From Cupriavidus necator (GTDB lineage Bacteria > Pseudomonadota > Gammaproteobacteria > Burkholderiales > Burkholderiaceae), in the NCBI RefSeq assembly GCF_016127575.1, contig NZ_CP066018.1:1500001-1532000 (forward strand): 32,000 nucleotides of DNA, given 5' to 3'. The translations under genes and the position numbers were made by a program. This document shows positions 1 through 12,017 of this stretch, piece by piece (the first letter of the stretch is position 1; each line of letters opens with the position of its first letter). The notes below the pieces were generated by a model, which saw only the letters and a list, made by a program, of their open reading frames with translations, was not told the DNA's origin and did not search any database.

Positions 1-420
1 CGAAAGCCAGGCCTTGGCACGCTCGCCGTACCAGCGGATGAAATGCTCGCGCGCGGCGGGTAGGGCGTCACGGCGCAGACAAAAGCGGCCTCCATTCAAC
101 TTCAGTGGCACATTCTGTTCATCGACCACCTTCAGCCGATGGCTGCGGCCGAGATACAAGAATCCCTCGCCTCCGACGAATTCCTTGCGCGGAACCTGGC
201 GCTGCAAGCGGTCCTTCTCGGCCAGCTTGGTGTAGATCCAGAAGCGCTTCTCCAGCACGAATGCTCGCAGCGCGGCCTCGTCCACCTCCGGCGGTGCGCA
301 GAGCATCAAGTCGCCACTGCGCTCCACGGTGATCTGCATAGTTCTGCGGCGCGCGCTCCGCTGGAGCGTGAACCGGAGGTCACCGATCTGAAGGCTTGGC
401 AATTTCACCGGCGAAGGCAT
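1..420 (-). CDS. DUF45/YgjP-like putative zinc metallohydrolase; only the N-terminal 140 codons are present and the 3' end lies outside the window
   Basis: Absent from the ORF track because it runs off the window edge. Manual reverse-strand translation from ATG at 420-418 gives MPSPVKLPSLQIGDLRFTLQRSARRRTMQITVERSGDLMLCAPPEVDEAALRAFVLEKRFWIYTKLAEKDRLQRQVPRKEFVGGEGFLYLGRSHRLKVV...REHFIRWYGERAKAWLS, open to position 1. The RSxRRxTxxIxV ... GExFxYLGRxxxL pattern matches my memory of the N-terminal half of DUF45 proteins found downstream of hsdR. The HExxH motif would lie beyond the window and is not seen. The gene starts 4 nt after the hsdR stop codon. Confidence 0.6.
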   Translation of the reverse strand, partial: MPSPVKLPSLQIGDLRFTLQRSARRRTMQITVERSGDLMLCAPPEVDEAALRAFVLEKRFWIYTKLAEKDRLQRQVPRKEFVGGEGFLYLGRSHRLKVVDEQNVPLKLNGGRFCLRRDALPAAREHFIRWYGERAKAWLS

Positions 421-424
421 CGAA

Positions 425-3400
425 TCACACCTGCATCAGCTTGTCGTGGCTGGCGCGAGCCTGATCAATCAGCTTGTCGGCCAGCACACCGGCCCTGTCT
501 GCATCTAACAGCGGTGGACGCAGGCGCATCAGATGCTCGAACAAGACACCGTCGCGAAGATTCTCCTGGTCTGGAATCTTGTTCGCGCTCCAGATCTTCG
601 GGTTCTCCTTGAGCTCCTGCACCAGCAAGTCAACGAGCTCGACCGTCACGTCCTTCAGTCGAAGCAGTTCGGCCGACGTGGGCGTTTGCCCGGCGCACAC
701 CACATCCAGTACGGTGCGCAGGAAGGGCGCGCAATGCTCAGGCAGGTCACCTGGAGTATTGTCGGAGCTAGCCTTTCCAGTGCGCAACTCGTCGATGATC
801 TCCTGCAGCTGTGCGATAACCTCATTCCACTTCTCGCCGAGCGTCTTCAGGATGTCGTTCAGCCGCTCAGAGAGCTTGCGATACAGCACCGGATCTTCGT
901 CCGTGTGCTTGCGGATATGCGAGCGGATCGCGTGTTCCATCTCCGAGGCCTTTGCGCGATCGTTGACGGTACGTGCAAGATGGGTGTCGAACTCGGCATC
1001 GGTCAGCTGGATCGGCGGGACCTTTGGATCGACACCTAGCGAGATTACGTGGTCGTCGATCAGCTTGCGCACCTTTGCGCCGACGTCTTTGCCCAGGACC
1101 GGCGTGTCCTTGTACCGGTTGCGCGCCCGGGCATAGATGTAGGCTAGCCGCTTCGCATCACCCGAGTACGGCAGCCCCTCGGGGCGCGGCAGTACCGTGT
1201 CAAGCGACGCCAGAAACGCCTTGAGCTTGACGGCGAACTCGGCCCGCAGCTTCTCGCTGCCCAGCGCTTCGACGCACGCCTCAGTGTCGTCCAGCGATTC
1301 AATGCCCCGTTGGCGGAACAGGTCTGCCACACGGAGATGCCGGTCGCGTAGCACCGGCACCTCGTCTTTCAGGCTGGCCAGCGCGCCTTCCACGTCCTCG
1401 TCCGCGTAGGCGGCGAGAGCTTCCTTCAGATGCTGGGCGACACCGTAGTAGTCCACCACGATGCCGCAACGCTTGCCGAAGCCTGTGCGGTTTACGCGGG
1501 CGATGGCCTGCAACAACTCCGCTTCGCGGATTGGCCTATCCAGGTACATCACGCCCTCGATAGGCGCGTCGAAGCCAGTGAGCAGCATTGACTTCACCAC
1601 CAGAAATGCGAGCGGATCGGTCTTCTCCGGCTTGGCATGGAACAGTGGCTTCTTGAATCGCTTAATCAGTTGGTCGTGAGCCGCGGCATCAGTCCAGTTT
1701 TTCCAGGCAGGATCGTCGTTATTGCTGCCGGAGATAATTGGTGCGAATTCGATGCGGGCCAATATGCCCTGGTAGCGCCAGGCTTGGACAACTGCCTGCA
1801 TCTTTGGCGAGCGCTGGCACAGGGCTTCGTCGTCCAGGGCCTTGTCTTCCGGGCTGAGCGCCTGCGCCTCTAGCAGCAGTTCGTCCCTGGCCCTCCTCAA
1901 GGCTCCGAAGTAGCGAATCGCCGCCAGCCGGCTGTACGCCACGACCTGTGCCTTGTAGCCGTTGGGCAATATGTTGGTGACGTAGTGGCGAATGATGTCA
2001 CGGGCCTTGTCGGCAATCAGCGCTGGCGCATCAAAGATGTGCCCCTTAGTGGCGTACTTCTGCTTGATTACCTCCAGTTCCTCTGGCGTGTGCTGGCGAA
2101 ACAGGTCTTCGAACAGCTCGTCCAGACTGGCGCCGTCCTTGATCGCACCGTTGGCGGTGCGCCCCTCGTAGAGCACCGGTACCGTGGCGCCATCGGCCTC
2201 GGCCTCCTTGATGGTATAGCGGTCGATGAACTCGCCAAAGATTTCATGGGTACGCTTCTTCTCCCCCATGATGATCGGCGTGCCGGTGAAGCCGATACGC
2301 GCGCAGTTTGGCAGTCCGGCCAGCAGGTTGGCGTGCAGATCGCCCGCCTGGGTGCGGTGGGCTTCATCCACGAGCACGAGAATGCTCTCGTCCTCGTTCA
2401 GCACCTCGAACTTCTCTCCGGTCTTATAGGTCGCGCGCGGCTGCTCCAACTCAGGCAGGTCTTCTGCCGCCAGCGGTGAATCACCTGCCGTGTCCGGGTC
2501 CCGGTATTTTTGGATGGTGGCGAAGATCAGCCCCGGTCCCTTGCGCCGCACGAGAGCCTTAATGCCCGCCGTGCTGTCCGCCACTTCGACCACCTCACCC
2601 GTGAGCGTGGCGGTCACGGATAGCTGGCTCTGCAGATCCTTGCGGTCGGTGACGACGATGACCTTGAAGCGTCGCAGCTGCGCTTCGGCGCGCATCTTGC
2701 GGACCAGGAATACCATCGTCAGGCTCTTGCCCGAGCCCTGGGTGTGCCAAATGATGCCGCCACGCTGGTCATGCTCACCGTGCTGCAAACGAGTCTGGCC
2801 CGTTCTGAGCCGGGCGATGGCACGGTTCACCGCCCGGTACTGCTGGTAGCGGCAAACGGACTTTATAGTTTGGCCGCCCACCTGCATGAACAGTAGGAAG
2901 TTCTTCACCACGTCCAGCAAGTGCGCTGGTGCCAGCAGCCCGGCGATCAGCCGCTCTTGTTCATTGAGTTTGCTCTCGCCCAGCGCCTGCGCCACCTCGG
3001 CCTCGGAGCCCGATCCGTCCGGTCCGACGACTGTCTTCCACTGCGCGTAGTGCTCGAACCCCGCGCCGATGCACCCGACCCGTGCCTCGTCCACGCAGCT
3101 GGCGATCAGCAGCTGATTGGTCGCGAACAGCACCTCGTTGCCCTCGTTGTCATCCACTTCGAAGGCCGCCTTGCGCTGATTGCTGTATCGGCGCAGTTGA
3201 TCGACGGCCTCGGCCAGCGGCTCAGGGATCGATGGGCTCTTGCACTCCACTATCACCAGCGGGATGCCGTTCACCAGCAGCACCAGATCGGGCACGATGA
3301 AGGCCTTCGCCGAATTGAACCCAGGCGGGCAATCGACGCGGTACTGGTTGACCACTGTGAAGCGGTTGTTCGCCGGAATGTCCCAGTCAATGTAGCGGAT

Positions 3401-3745
3401 GGTCTGGCCGCGTCCGCCATCCCAGCCAGGTAGGCCTTCGACGGTCAGGCCCTTGATCAGCAACTCGGTGGCCCTTTCGTTGGCCTCCATCAGCCTGCGC
3501 GTTCCCAGCCGAGTGATAGCCGCCATAGCCTCTGATAGACGCGCATCGTCCACCCAGGGCTGGCCGTCAGGGCCGGGGTTTAGCGCTCGCAAAGCTTCGC
3601 GCAGCACGGGCTCCTGGATAACCTCAGTAAAGCTGGTACGGCAGGTAGATGTCGGGTTTTCGAGACTGCCTTCGATGTGTGTCCAACCCTGCGTCTGTAA
3701 CTGAGCGACGAAGGGTTTTTCGACGTCTTCAAGCTCCCAGCCCAT
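425..3745 (-). CDS. hsdR: Type I restriction enzyme, R (endonuclease/translocase) subunit, 1106 aa
   Basis: Carries an N-terminal PD-(D/E)xK-like nuclease block (VPDLVLLVNGIPLVIVECK). Has SF2 helicase motif I (TQGSGKSLTM) and a DEAH box (LVDEAHRTQ). ATG at 3745-3743 overlaps the hsdS stop (ATGA). Sits in an operon with hsdM and hsdS. Confidence 0.95.
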   Translation of the reverse strand: MGWELEDVEKPFVAQLQTQGWTHIEGSLENPTSTCRTSFTEVIQEPVLREALRALNPGPDGQPWVDDARLSEAMAAITRLGTRRLMEANERATELLIKGLTVEGLPGWDGGRGQTIRYIDWDIPANNRFTVVNQYRVDCPPGFNSAKAFIVPDLVLLVNGIPLVIVECKSPSIPEPLAEAVDQLRRYSNQRKAAFEVDDNEGNEVLFATNQLLIASCVDEARVGCIGAGFEHYAQWKTVVGPDGSGSEAEVAQALGESKLNEQERLIAGLLAPAHLLDVVKNFLLFMQVGGQTIKSVCRYQQYRAVNRAIARLRTGQTRLQHGEHDQRGGIIWHTQGSGKSLTMVFLVRKMRAEAQLRRFKVIVVTDRKDLQSQLSVTATLTGEVVEVADSTAGIKALVRRKGPGLIFATIQKYRDPDTAGDSPLAAEDLPELEQPRATYKTGEKFEVLNEDESILVLVDEAHRTQAGDLHANLLAGLPNCARIGFTGTPIIMGEKKRTHEIFGEFIDRYTIKEAEADGATVPVLYEGRTANGAIKDGASLDELFEDLFRQHTPEELEVIKQKYATKGHIFDAPALIADKARDIIRHYVTNILPNGYKAQVVAYSRLAAIRYFGALRRARDELLLEAQALSPEDKALDDEALCQRSPKMQAVVQAWRYQGILARIEFAPIISGSNNDDPAWKNWTDAAAHDQLIKRFKKPLFHAKPEKTDPLAFLVVKSMLLTGFDAPIEGVMYLDRPIREAELLQAIARVNRTGFGKRCGIVVDYYGVAQHLKEALAAYADEDVEGALASLKDEVPVLRDRHLRVADLFRQRGIESLDDTEACVEALGSEKLRAEFAVKLKAFLASLDTVLPRPEGLPYSGDAKRLAYIYARARNRYKDTPVLGKDVGAKVRKLIDDHVISLGVDPKVPPIQLTDAEFDTHLARTVNDRAKASEMEHAIRSHIRKHTDEDPVLYRKLSERLNDILKTLGEKWNEVIAQLQEIIDELRTGKASSDNTPGDLPEHCAPFLRTVLDVVCAGQTPTSAELLRLKDVTVELVDLLVQELKENPKIWSANKIPDQENLRDGVLFEHLMRLRPPLLDADRAGVLADKLIDQARASHDKLMQV

Positions 3746-5013
3746 CAGGCGCTCCCTGCTTGTTTGGTTTCCGCCAGCTGCGGCTTGACGCGGACGCGGC
3801 CGGTGAGGAGGTCATCCATAAGGCCAGATTTCTCAAGTCGCATCTTTCGGATCAGTTCCTCCTCACACCAGATTTGTTCCTGCGCGGCATCAACTCGGTC
3901 AACGATTGCCTGTTGCTCATTGATCGTCATCCGAGGTAGAGGAAGCTCCTGGCATAGAGCGAGGGTCAGATTCACTTGTCCCGACGTCTGCTTGGCTCGG
4001 TTCCTCAGCCAAGACTGCGAGATTGAGCTACTAAGCCAGATTAATAGGAACTTTGGCAGTAGTTGTTCGGTTGGTCGAAATAACGCAATTGCTTGATTAA
4101 TATTGACCTCACCAATTTCTTTGGTAACAAGCCCCAGTTTCCCTAGAGGTGGGCCAACGATGTTCGTCAGCACATCACCTTCAAGGCATCTTGAACGAGC
4201 CAGAAAACCTTTGTGCGTGGCAAGGCTAACTCGAAACGTGCTTGCATCTAGATCCAGTTGTCCATCGAAAGAAAGATTATCGACTCGCAGAAACCTAATT
4301 CCCGCGCCACCCTGCCACATCTCATTAGCCGCAGGGGTAGTGCCTTTGGTTATCAGATGGCAGCGAGTTGCTGTAGGAGCAAGACCCCACTCATTCGGAA
4401 TCCAACCCAACGGTGACGACTCGTAGAGATGCGGTGCCTCGGCCTGAGGTGGGCGCAATTCGCCGTTGGCGTCGATGCCGCGCGTCAAGAGGTCATGCAG
4501 CAGGCCTTGCTTGACCGCCTTGAGCTTGGCGATGATCGCTTCAGTTTCGTAGATGGCGGTGTCGAGAGTGTCGAGGATTTCCGCAAGTAATTGCTGCTCC
4601 GTAGAGCCAGGACAAAAGACCTTTATCCCCTCGAGAAGCTCTCGGTCAACGTGTGGAATGCCAGTGCCATTGGTTTGAGCCTTCAGGAATCGCTCAGCTT
4701 GCTTGGCGACATGAAAAAAGTATGCCGGACGAAAAACACTGCTCGGAGAAATCTTCGTCATCGTCGAAGCAACCAACCCGACCTTGGACCTGAAGAATTC
4801 CCCAGCGTTCGAACCGTCCCACAGCAGTATCGTTTCGCCTTCAGCAGCACGCACAGCATCCGGCCCAGCTTTGGCAAGGTCGGCCGGCGCTCGCCCGCGG
4901 AGATATTCAGGACTCAGGTAGGGCTCTGCACCCTTGCCCACGTAGCCGGTGACGAGTGGTGCCTTACCCTTCTGAACGGTAATGTGATCTCCAAGGGCAA
5001 CGAAGTTAGACAT
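3745..5013 (-). CDS. hsdS: Type I restriction-modification specificity subunit, 422 aa, with two target-recognition domains
   Basis: Contains the duplicated conserved helical spacers typical of HsdS ([24 protein letters not shown] centrally and [23 protein letters not shown] at the C-terminus). These separate two variable regions. The gene overlaps hsdM by 8 nt and hsdR by 4 nt. GC content is visibly lower than in the flanks. Confidence 0.9.
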   Translation of the reverse strand: MSNFVALGDHITVQKGKAPLVTGYVGKGAEPYLSPEYLRGRAPADLAKAGPDAVRAAEGETILLWDGSNAGEFFRSKVGLVASTMTKISPSSVFRPAYFFHVAKQAERFLKAQTNGTGIPHVDRELLEGIKVFCPGSTEQQLLAEILDTLDTAIYETEAIIAKLKAVKQGLLHDLLTRGIDANGELRPPQAEAPHLYESSPLGWIPNEWGLAPTATRCHLITKGTTPAANEMWQGGAGIRFLRVDNLSFDGQLDLDASTFRVSLATHKGFLARSRCLEGDVLTNIVGPPLGKLGLVTKEIGEVNINQAIALFRPTEQLLPKFLLIWLSSSISQSWLRNRAKQTSGQVNLTLALCQELPLPRMTINEQQAIVDRVDAAQEQIWCEEELIRKMRLEKSGLMDDLLTGRVRVKPQLAETKQAGSA

Positions 5014-7513
5014 ACCGCAGCCCCTTCAAAAACACCTGCAAGGCCTGCGCCGCCGAATCGCGCTTTCCCTCAATCTCAGTCAGCGTCACTCGGTACTTAT
5101 CCCACCAGTTTTCGAATGCGACGACGATGGCCTTACGCTGGGCGGCGATGTAGCGCTCGACGATGGCGCGCATGTCGTTGTGCAGGATGGTCAGCAGCAG
5201 CTCGGCGGCCTGCTCGGGCGACAGACCATCCACCTCGCGATTGAGGTGCGCAGCGAAGCTATCCTTCTTGGCCTTCAAGGCTTTCTTCGCGGTAGCGAGT
5301 TCCTTCTTCCACGCCTTGAGCTGCGTTTCGTCGACCGCGTTGTCGTCGGCGGGTTCGTCTTCCGAAGACTCTGCGGCGTCACCTTCGTCGCCCTCGGCGT
5401 CCTTGCCAGATTTGGGGTCAGCAGCCTTGATTTGACTGTCCAGTTCAGCCCTCTTGGCCTCCAGCTCGTTGATGGCATCGACGAAGTCGCTCATCAGAAA
5501 CTTGACTAGCTTGTGGTCAAGTGGACTTTCCTTGTTCGCTTTGTCCTCCAGCGCAGTGACGATGCTGGTGCGCCAAGCGTCGGCCACGCCCTTGGCGCCA
5601 CGCGCCATCAGGGTGAGGAAGTCGTACTTCGTCTGGTACCAGAACCCAGCGACGATGCCGCGCACCTGGAAGGGGTCGAGCATACCGATCGCTTCCAGCG
5701 ATTCGCTAAAGCTAGCCAGCAGATCGTTGCGCAGGCCGACCAGACTGGCCGCATTGTCCATTTGCCCAGCAAGCAACGTAATACGCGCGCTATGCTGATG
5801 CCACCACTGCTCGAAAGCTGCGCGGATGGCGGCCTCCTTGGCGACAAGGCCGGCGTTTCTCTCGATGGAGGGCTTAAGGTCCCTGCGCTTGGCTAGCTCG
5901 GGTTTGAAGTCGACGTACTTCGCGTCACGCTCAACGAACAGGTCCATCGGGTTGAGGCCGTGCGCCGCGAACAGCGTCGACTTGGCCTGCACCTCGGCTT
6001 TTGGCACGCCCCCCACAAGATGCGCGCGCACGTCGTGTGGTTCGGGCGGTGGTGTGTTATCAGCGTAGCGGCGGATGTTGAGGTTGTAATCGTTGGCCTT
6101 GAGGGTGGCGTTGTCCACGATGGCCGAAAAGCCCTCTACCTGCTTGAACTCGTTGAAGGTGGTGACGATCTTCTCGATGTGTTCGGGTAGCAGATGGTTC
6201 TGCGCGCGGCCTTCGAAGAACTCCCGGTCGGCATTGATAAACAGCACCTTGCCCCGGCGCTCGGCGGGCTTGCCGCTAACGCGGTTGGCGCCGTTCTGCA
6301 CCCGCTGGCGCAGCACCAAAATACAGGCGGGGATGCCGGTGCCGTAGAACAGGTTGGGGGCGACGCCGAGCACGGCTTCGAGCAGGTCGTCCTCGACAAT
6401 GCCAGCCCGGATGGCCTTTTCCTCACCGCCACGGAACAGCACGCCGTGGGGCATGACGGTGGCGACCATGCCGCCGTCGCGGGTAACTGCCAGCATGTGC
6501 TGCAGGAACATGAGGTCGGCCTTCTTGGCGCCCAGCGGCACCTGGCCGTAACGGAAGCGCTCGGGGAACTTGGGCGACCAGGCAGGCGTTCCGTCGGCGT
6601 TCTTCTCCGTATTGCCCCAGTTGATGGAGAACGGCGGGTTGGTGAGCACCCGGTCGAAGTGCATTAATTCGCCGCCTTCGACGTGCTGCGGCTCGGCCAG
6701 GGTGTCCTCGTTCTGCAGGTTGGCAGTGCTGATGCCGTGCAGAAGCATGTTCATCTTGGCGATCGACCAGACGGTACCATTGAACTCCTGCCCGAACAGG
6801 TTGGCCTTGCGGCCGTCCTCGCCGTGCTCGTCGATGTATTCCTTGGCTGCGATCAGCATGCCTCCGGAGCCGCAACAGGGATCATAAATGTCGTGGGCCA
6901 AGGTCGGCTGGATCAGCCGCACCATCATACGCACCACCGAGCGCGGTGTGTAGAACTCGCCGCCTTTCTTACCGGCCGAGTCGGCGAACTCGCCGATCAA
7001 GTATTCGTAGGCCGCGCCGAGCAGATCGGGGAACTCGAAGTCCTCGTTACGTAGGCGATAGATGCCGAAGTGGGTAATCAGCTGGCGCAGCTTGATATCG
7101 GGGATCTTGCTCTGGCCAACCTTTCGCGTAAAGTCGATGTGCTCCAGCACGTCGTAGAGCTTGGTGTTGGCAGTCTCGATACCGCTCAATGCCTTGTTAA
7201 GCGAGTCACCGACATTTTGATGAGCCTCATCCAATAGGAACTTGTACCGCGATCGTGGTGGCACCCAGAAGTACTCGGCTCCCTTGTACCAGCGCTCCAG
7301 TTCCGCCGATTTTTCGGCGTTAGCGCGTGATTCACCCGCATTCATTCGCTCGGCGATGACTTCCTCGCGCCGCTGGTCGAACACGTCGGAGCAGCGCTTG
7401 AGGAACAGCATCCCGAAGATATATTCCTTGAACTCGGAAGCGTCCATCTTGCCGCGCAGGATGTCGGCGGCTTTGAACAAATGGCGCTCGAGCTGGGGTA
7501 ACGTAAGGGGCAT
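5006..7513 (-). CDS. hsdM: Type I restriction-modification N6-adenine DNA methyltransferase subunit, unusually long at 835 aa
   Basis: The N-terminus ([40 protein letters not shown]) is HsdM_N-like. SAM-binding motif I is [10 protein letters not shown] and catalytic motif IV is LTNPPFS. About 330 extra C-terminal residues follow [10 protein letters not shown]. Confidence 0.95.
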   Translation of the reverse strand: MPLTLPQLERHLFKAADILRGKMDASEFKEYIFGMLFLKRCSDVFDQRREEVIAERMNAGESRANAEKSAELERWYKGAEYFWVPPRSRYKFLLDEAHQNVGDSLNKALSGIETANTKLYDVLEHIDFTRKVGQSKIPDIKLRQLITHFGIYRLRNEDFEFPDLLGAAYEYLIGEFADSAGKKGGEFYTPRSVVRMMVRLIQPTLAHDIYDPCCGSGGMLIAAKEYIDEHGEDGRKANLFGQEFNGTVWSIAKMNMLLHGISTANLQNEDTLAEPQHVEGGELMHFDRVLTNPPFSINWGNTEKNADGTPAWSPKFPERFRYGQVPLGAKKADLMFLQHMLAVTRDGGMVATVMPHGVLFRGGEEKAIRAGIVEDDLLEAVLGVAPNLFYGTGIPACILVLRQRVQNGANRVSGKPAERRGKVLFINADREFFEGRAQNHLLPEHIEKIVTTFNEFKQVEGFSAIVDNATLKANDYNLNIRRYADNTPPPEPHDVRAHLVGGVPKAEVQAKSTLFAAHGLNPMDLFVERDAKYVDFKPELAKRRDLKPSIERNAGLVAKEAAIRAAFEQWWHQHSARITLLAGQMDNAASLVGLRNDLLASFSESLEAIGMLDPFQVRGIVAGFWYQTKYDFLTLMARGAKGVADAWRTSIVTALEDKANKESPLDHKLVKFLMSDFVDAINELEAKRAELDSQIKAADPKSGKDAEGDEGDAAESSEDEPADDNAVDETQLKAWKKELATAKKALKAKKDSFAAHLNREVDGLSPEQAAELLLTILHNDMRAIVERYIAAQRKAIVVAFENWWDKYRVTLTEIEGKRDSAAQALQVFLKGLRYV

Positions 7514-7672
7514 ATGTAACTATGGGCGGATTCGTCGAACAGATAATCACAGGCAGATTTGCCACCTCTATCGAGGTAAATTGTCATCGTTGTAGGTGAC
7601 GTTTGGCAATCCACAGAGAGCAGTACACCAAAAAAATATGGTTCACATGGAGGGAGCTGAATGGCTCTGCCC

Positions 7673-7708
7673 AAAAAAGAAAGCCAATCCAATAGGACTG
7701 GCTTTTTT
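7673..7708 (-). terminator. Intrinsic terminator downstream of gyrB, with A/T runs on both sides (bidirectional-looking)
   Basis: Positions 7680-7686 (AAAGCCA) pair with 7699-7705 (TGGCTTT), and an inner TCC/GGA extension adds to the stem. The hairpin is flanked by AAAAAA (7673-7678) and TTTTTT (7703-7708). It lies about 75 nt downstream of the gyrB stop on the minus strand. Confidence 0.6.
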
Positions 7709-7779
7709 AGCTTCGGTCACTCAGTAGGTATCTACCCCCTGAGCAGCGCAATTTCGTCGATCATTTTCGGCTTCATAGA

Positions 7780-10311
<2,532 letters not shown>

Positions 10312-10387
10312 CTACTCACGGCAATGGCGGAATTCGGGCCGGGCCGGCATAGCGGCGGGGCGCGAAAAGGTCCGCATGGCGGGTTAC

Positions 10388-10430
10388 TAAAAACGGCAAA
10401 AGGGGCGGATCGTCGTTTCGATCCTGCCCC
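10388..10430 (-). terminator. Intrinsic terminator between dnaN and gyrB
   Basis: On the minus strand the sequence reads GGGGCAGGATCG-AAACGA-CGATCCGCCCC followed by TTTTGCCGTTTTT. The stem is 11 bp with one bulged base. It lies about 105 nt after the dnaN stop. Confidence 0.55.
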
Positions 10431-10534
10431 CGCTGCGGGATGGTCATCCCCAGGACTTCCCGGCCTGGGCCGGGTGTCGTTGCGTGCCGTTTGCTGCTCC
10501 GGTTCTTGTCTGGTCTGGTCCTGTTACCGGATCA

Positions 10535-11650
10535 TCAGATGCGCATCGGCATGACGACGTACTTGAAGTTGTCGTCTTCCGGCACGGTAATCAGCGCACT
10601 CGAATTCGAGTCGCCGAGGCTGACCTGCACCTGCTCGCTCTTCAGGTTGGCAAGCACGTCAAGCAGGTAGGTCACGTTGAAGCCGATATCGAGCGCGTCG
10701 CCCGAGTAATCGAGTTCCAGCTCTTCCTGCGCCTCTTCCTGGTCGGCGTTGGTGGAGCTGATCTTGAGCATGTGCGTGTCGAGGATGCAGCGCACGCCCT
10801 TGAATTTGTCGGTCGTCAGGATCGCGGTGCGTTGCAGCGCCTGCTGCAGCCGCACACGGTCGATGGCGAAGGCGTTCTTGTAGCCCTTGGGAATCACGCG
10901 CTGGAAGTCAGGGAACTTGCCTTCCACCAGCTTGGAGATCAGTTCGATATTGGCGAACGTGAACTTGACCTGGTTGGCGGCCAGTTGCACCTGCACCGGA
11001 TCGTCGTTGTCTTCCAGCAGGCGCTGCAGTTCCAGGATGGTCTTGCGCGGGATGATGACTTCCTGGCGCGCGCCCACGCCGACGGCTTCGGTTTCCAGCT
11101 CAACGCCGCAGTAGGCCAGGCGGTGGCCGTCGGTGGCGACTGCCATCACCTTCTTGCCTTCCACCACCAGCAGCATGCCGTTCAGGTAGTAGCGGATGTC
11201 CTGCTGCGCCATGGCGAAGTGGACCATCGCCAGCAGGTGCTTGAAGGTCTTCTGCGGCAGGCTGACGCTGGCGTTGAATTCGCTGGCTTCGGCAACGGTC
11301 GGGAATTCCTCGGCGGCCAGCGTCTGCAGTGCGAAGCGGCTCTTGCCGGATTGCACGGTCATGCGCTTGTCGTTGAGCGACAGGGCCACGTCGCCGTCAG
11401 GCATGGCGCGCAGGATGTCCAGCAGCTTGCGCGCGGCCACGGTGGTGGCAACGCTGTCGCTGCCTACGCCGCATTCGGCGTGCGTGGTGATCTGGATCTC
11501 GATGTCGGTCGAGAGGAAGGAAACGTTGGACCCGGACTTGCGAATCAGCAGATTGGCCAGGATCGGGAGGGTGTGGCGGCGCTCCACGATGCCGCTCACG
11601 ATTTGCAGCGGACGCAGCAGGTTGTCTCGCGAGGTTTTGACCAATTGCAT
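10535..11650 (-). CDS. dnaN: DNA polymerase III beta sliding clamp, 371 aa
   Basis: The protein MQLVKTSRDNLLRPLQIVSGIVERRHTLPILANLLI...VVMPMRI is a canonical beta clamp. I trimmed the track ORF (to 11695) to the ATG at 11650-11648. That ATG is preceded by GAAGGA and matches the conserved MQL N-terminus. Confidence 0.96.
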   Translation of the reverse strand: MQLVKTSRDNLLRPLQIVSGIVERRHTLPILANLLIRKSGSNVSFLSTDIEIQITTHAECGVGSDSVATTVAARKLLDILRAMPDGDVALSLNDKRMTVQSGKSRFALQTLAAEEFPTVAEASEFNASVSLPQKTFKHLLAMVHFAMAQQDIRYYLNGMLLVVEGKKVMAVATDGHRLAYCGVELETEAVGVGARQEVIIPRKTILELQRLLEDNDDPVQVQLAANQVKFTFANIELISKLVEGKFPDFQRVIPKGYKNAFAIDRVRLQQALQRTAILTTDKFKGVRCILDTHMLKISSTNADQEEAQEELELDYSGDALDIGFNVTYLLDVLANLKSEQVQVSLGDSNSSALITVPEDDNFKYVVMPMRI

Positions 11651-11736
11651 TGAATTTATCCTTCGTCGTTTGTAATCGGCGACCGCAGAACGCAAACAAC
11701 TCCGAATTCACTTAGGAATCAAGGAGTTAATATGCC

Positions 11737-11745
11737 ATTGTACCA
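11737..11745 (-). promoter_or_regulatory. Candidate extended -10 promoter element (TGgTACAAT) for dnaN
   Basis: The minus strand reads ...CTTATCCTTGGTACAATGGC... about 90 nt upstream of the dnaN ATG. No good -35 hexamer is present. This is pattern match only. Confidence 0.25.
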
Positions 11746-12017
11746 AGGATAAGCCGCTGCGGTGAAGCGGGGCGGGACCGGCCGGGGGGCCAGCTGTGCC
11801 CAAAAAGCCACGCTGGCGCTGCCCGTACTTGCCATCCCGTCCCGACTCACCGCAAAGCCTTATCAGTGGCCATTTTCCGGACACTTGCCCCGGCGACGCT
11901 GACGTTAATTCCCCAGGCGCCACGGGATGTCCGTGGCGCGCACCCTACAGTATGCCAGCCCCGAGGGGCCGACCCTTCAAAACGCCTTCCCGGGGGTCCC
12001 CGGGCATCGGCCATGCA

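Noticed and set aside
139-612. A 157-aa plus-strand ORF spanning the hsdR/DUF45 junction (plus 14-235 and 105-332)
   Set aside because: It is antisense to two coherent minus-strand genes, and its translation is Arg/Ala/Ser-rich without motifs.
11732-11752. A mini-ORF (ATG CCA TTG TAC CAA GGA TAA, MPLYQG) with a perfect AAGGAG Shine-Dalgarno 5 nt upstream, on the plus strand in the dnaA-dnaN spacer
   Set aside because: It is only six codons long and lies on the strand opposite the surrounding operon. The same bases are better explained as a dnaN promoter-like TACAAT element on the other strand. It is probably coincidental.
11917-12004. A 9-bp-stem hairpin GCGCCACGG-GATGT-CCGTGGCGC (11917-11939) and the palindrome CCCGGGG-T-CCCCGGG (11989-12004), both downstream of the dnaA stop
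   Set aside because: Neither is followed by a U-tract on the coding (minus) strand. The second has a 1-nt loop and cannot fold as RNA. They may modulate dnaA-dnaN read-through, but I cannot support a terminator call.
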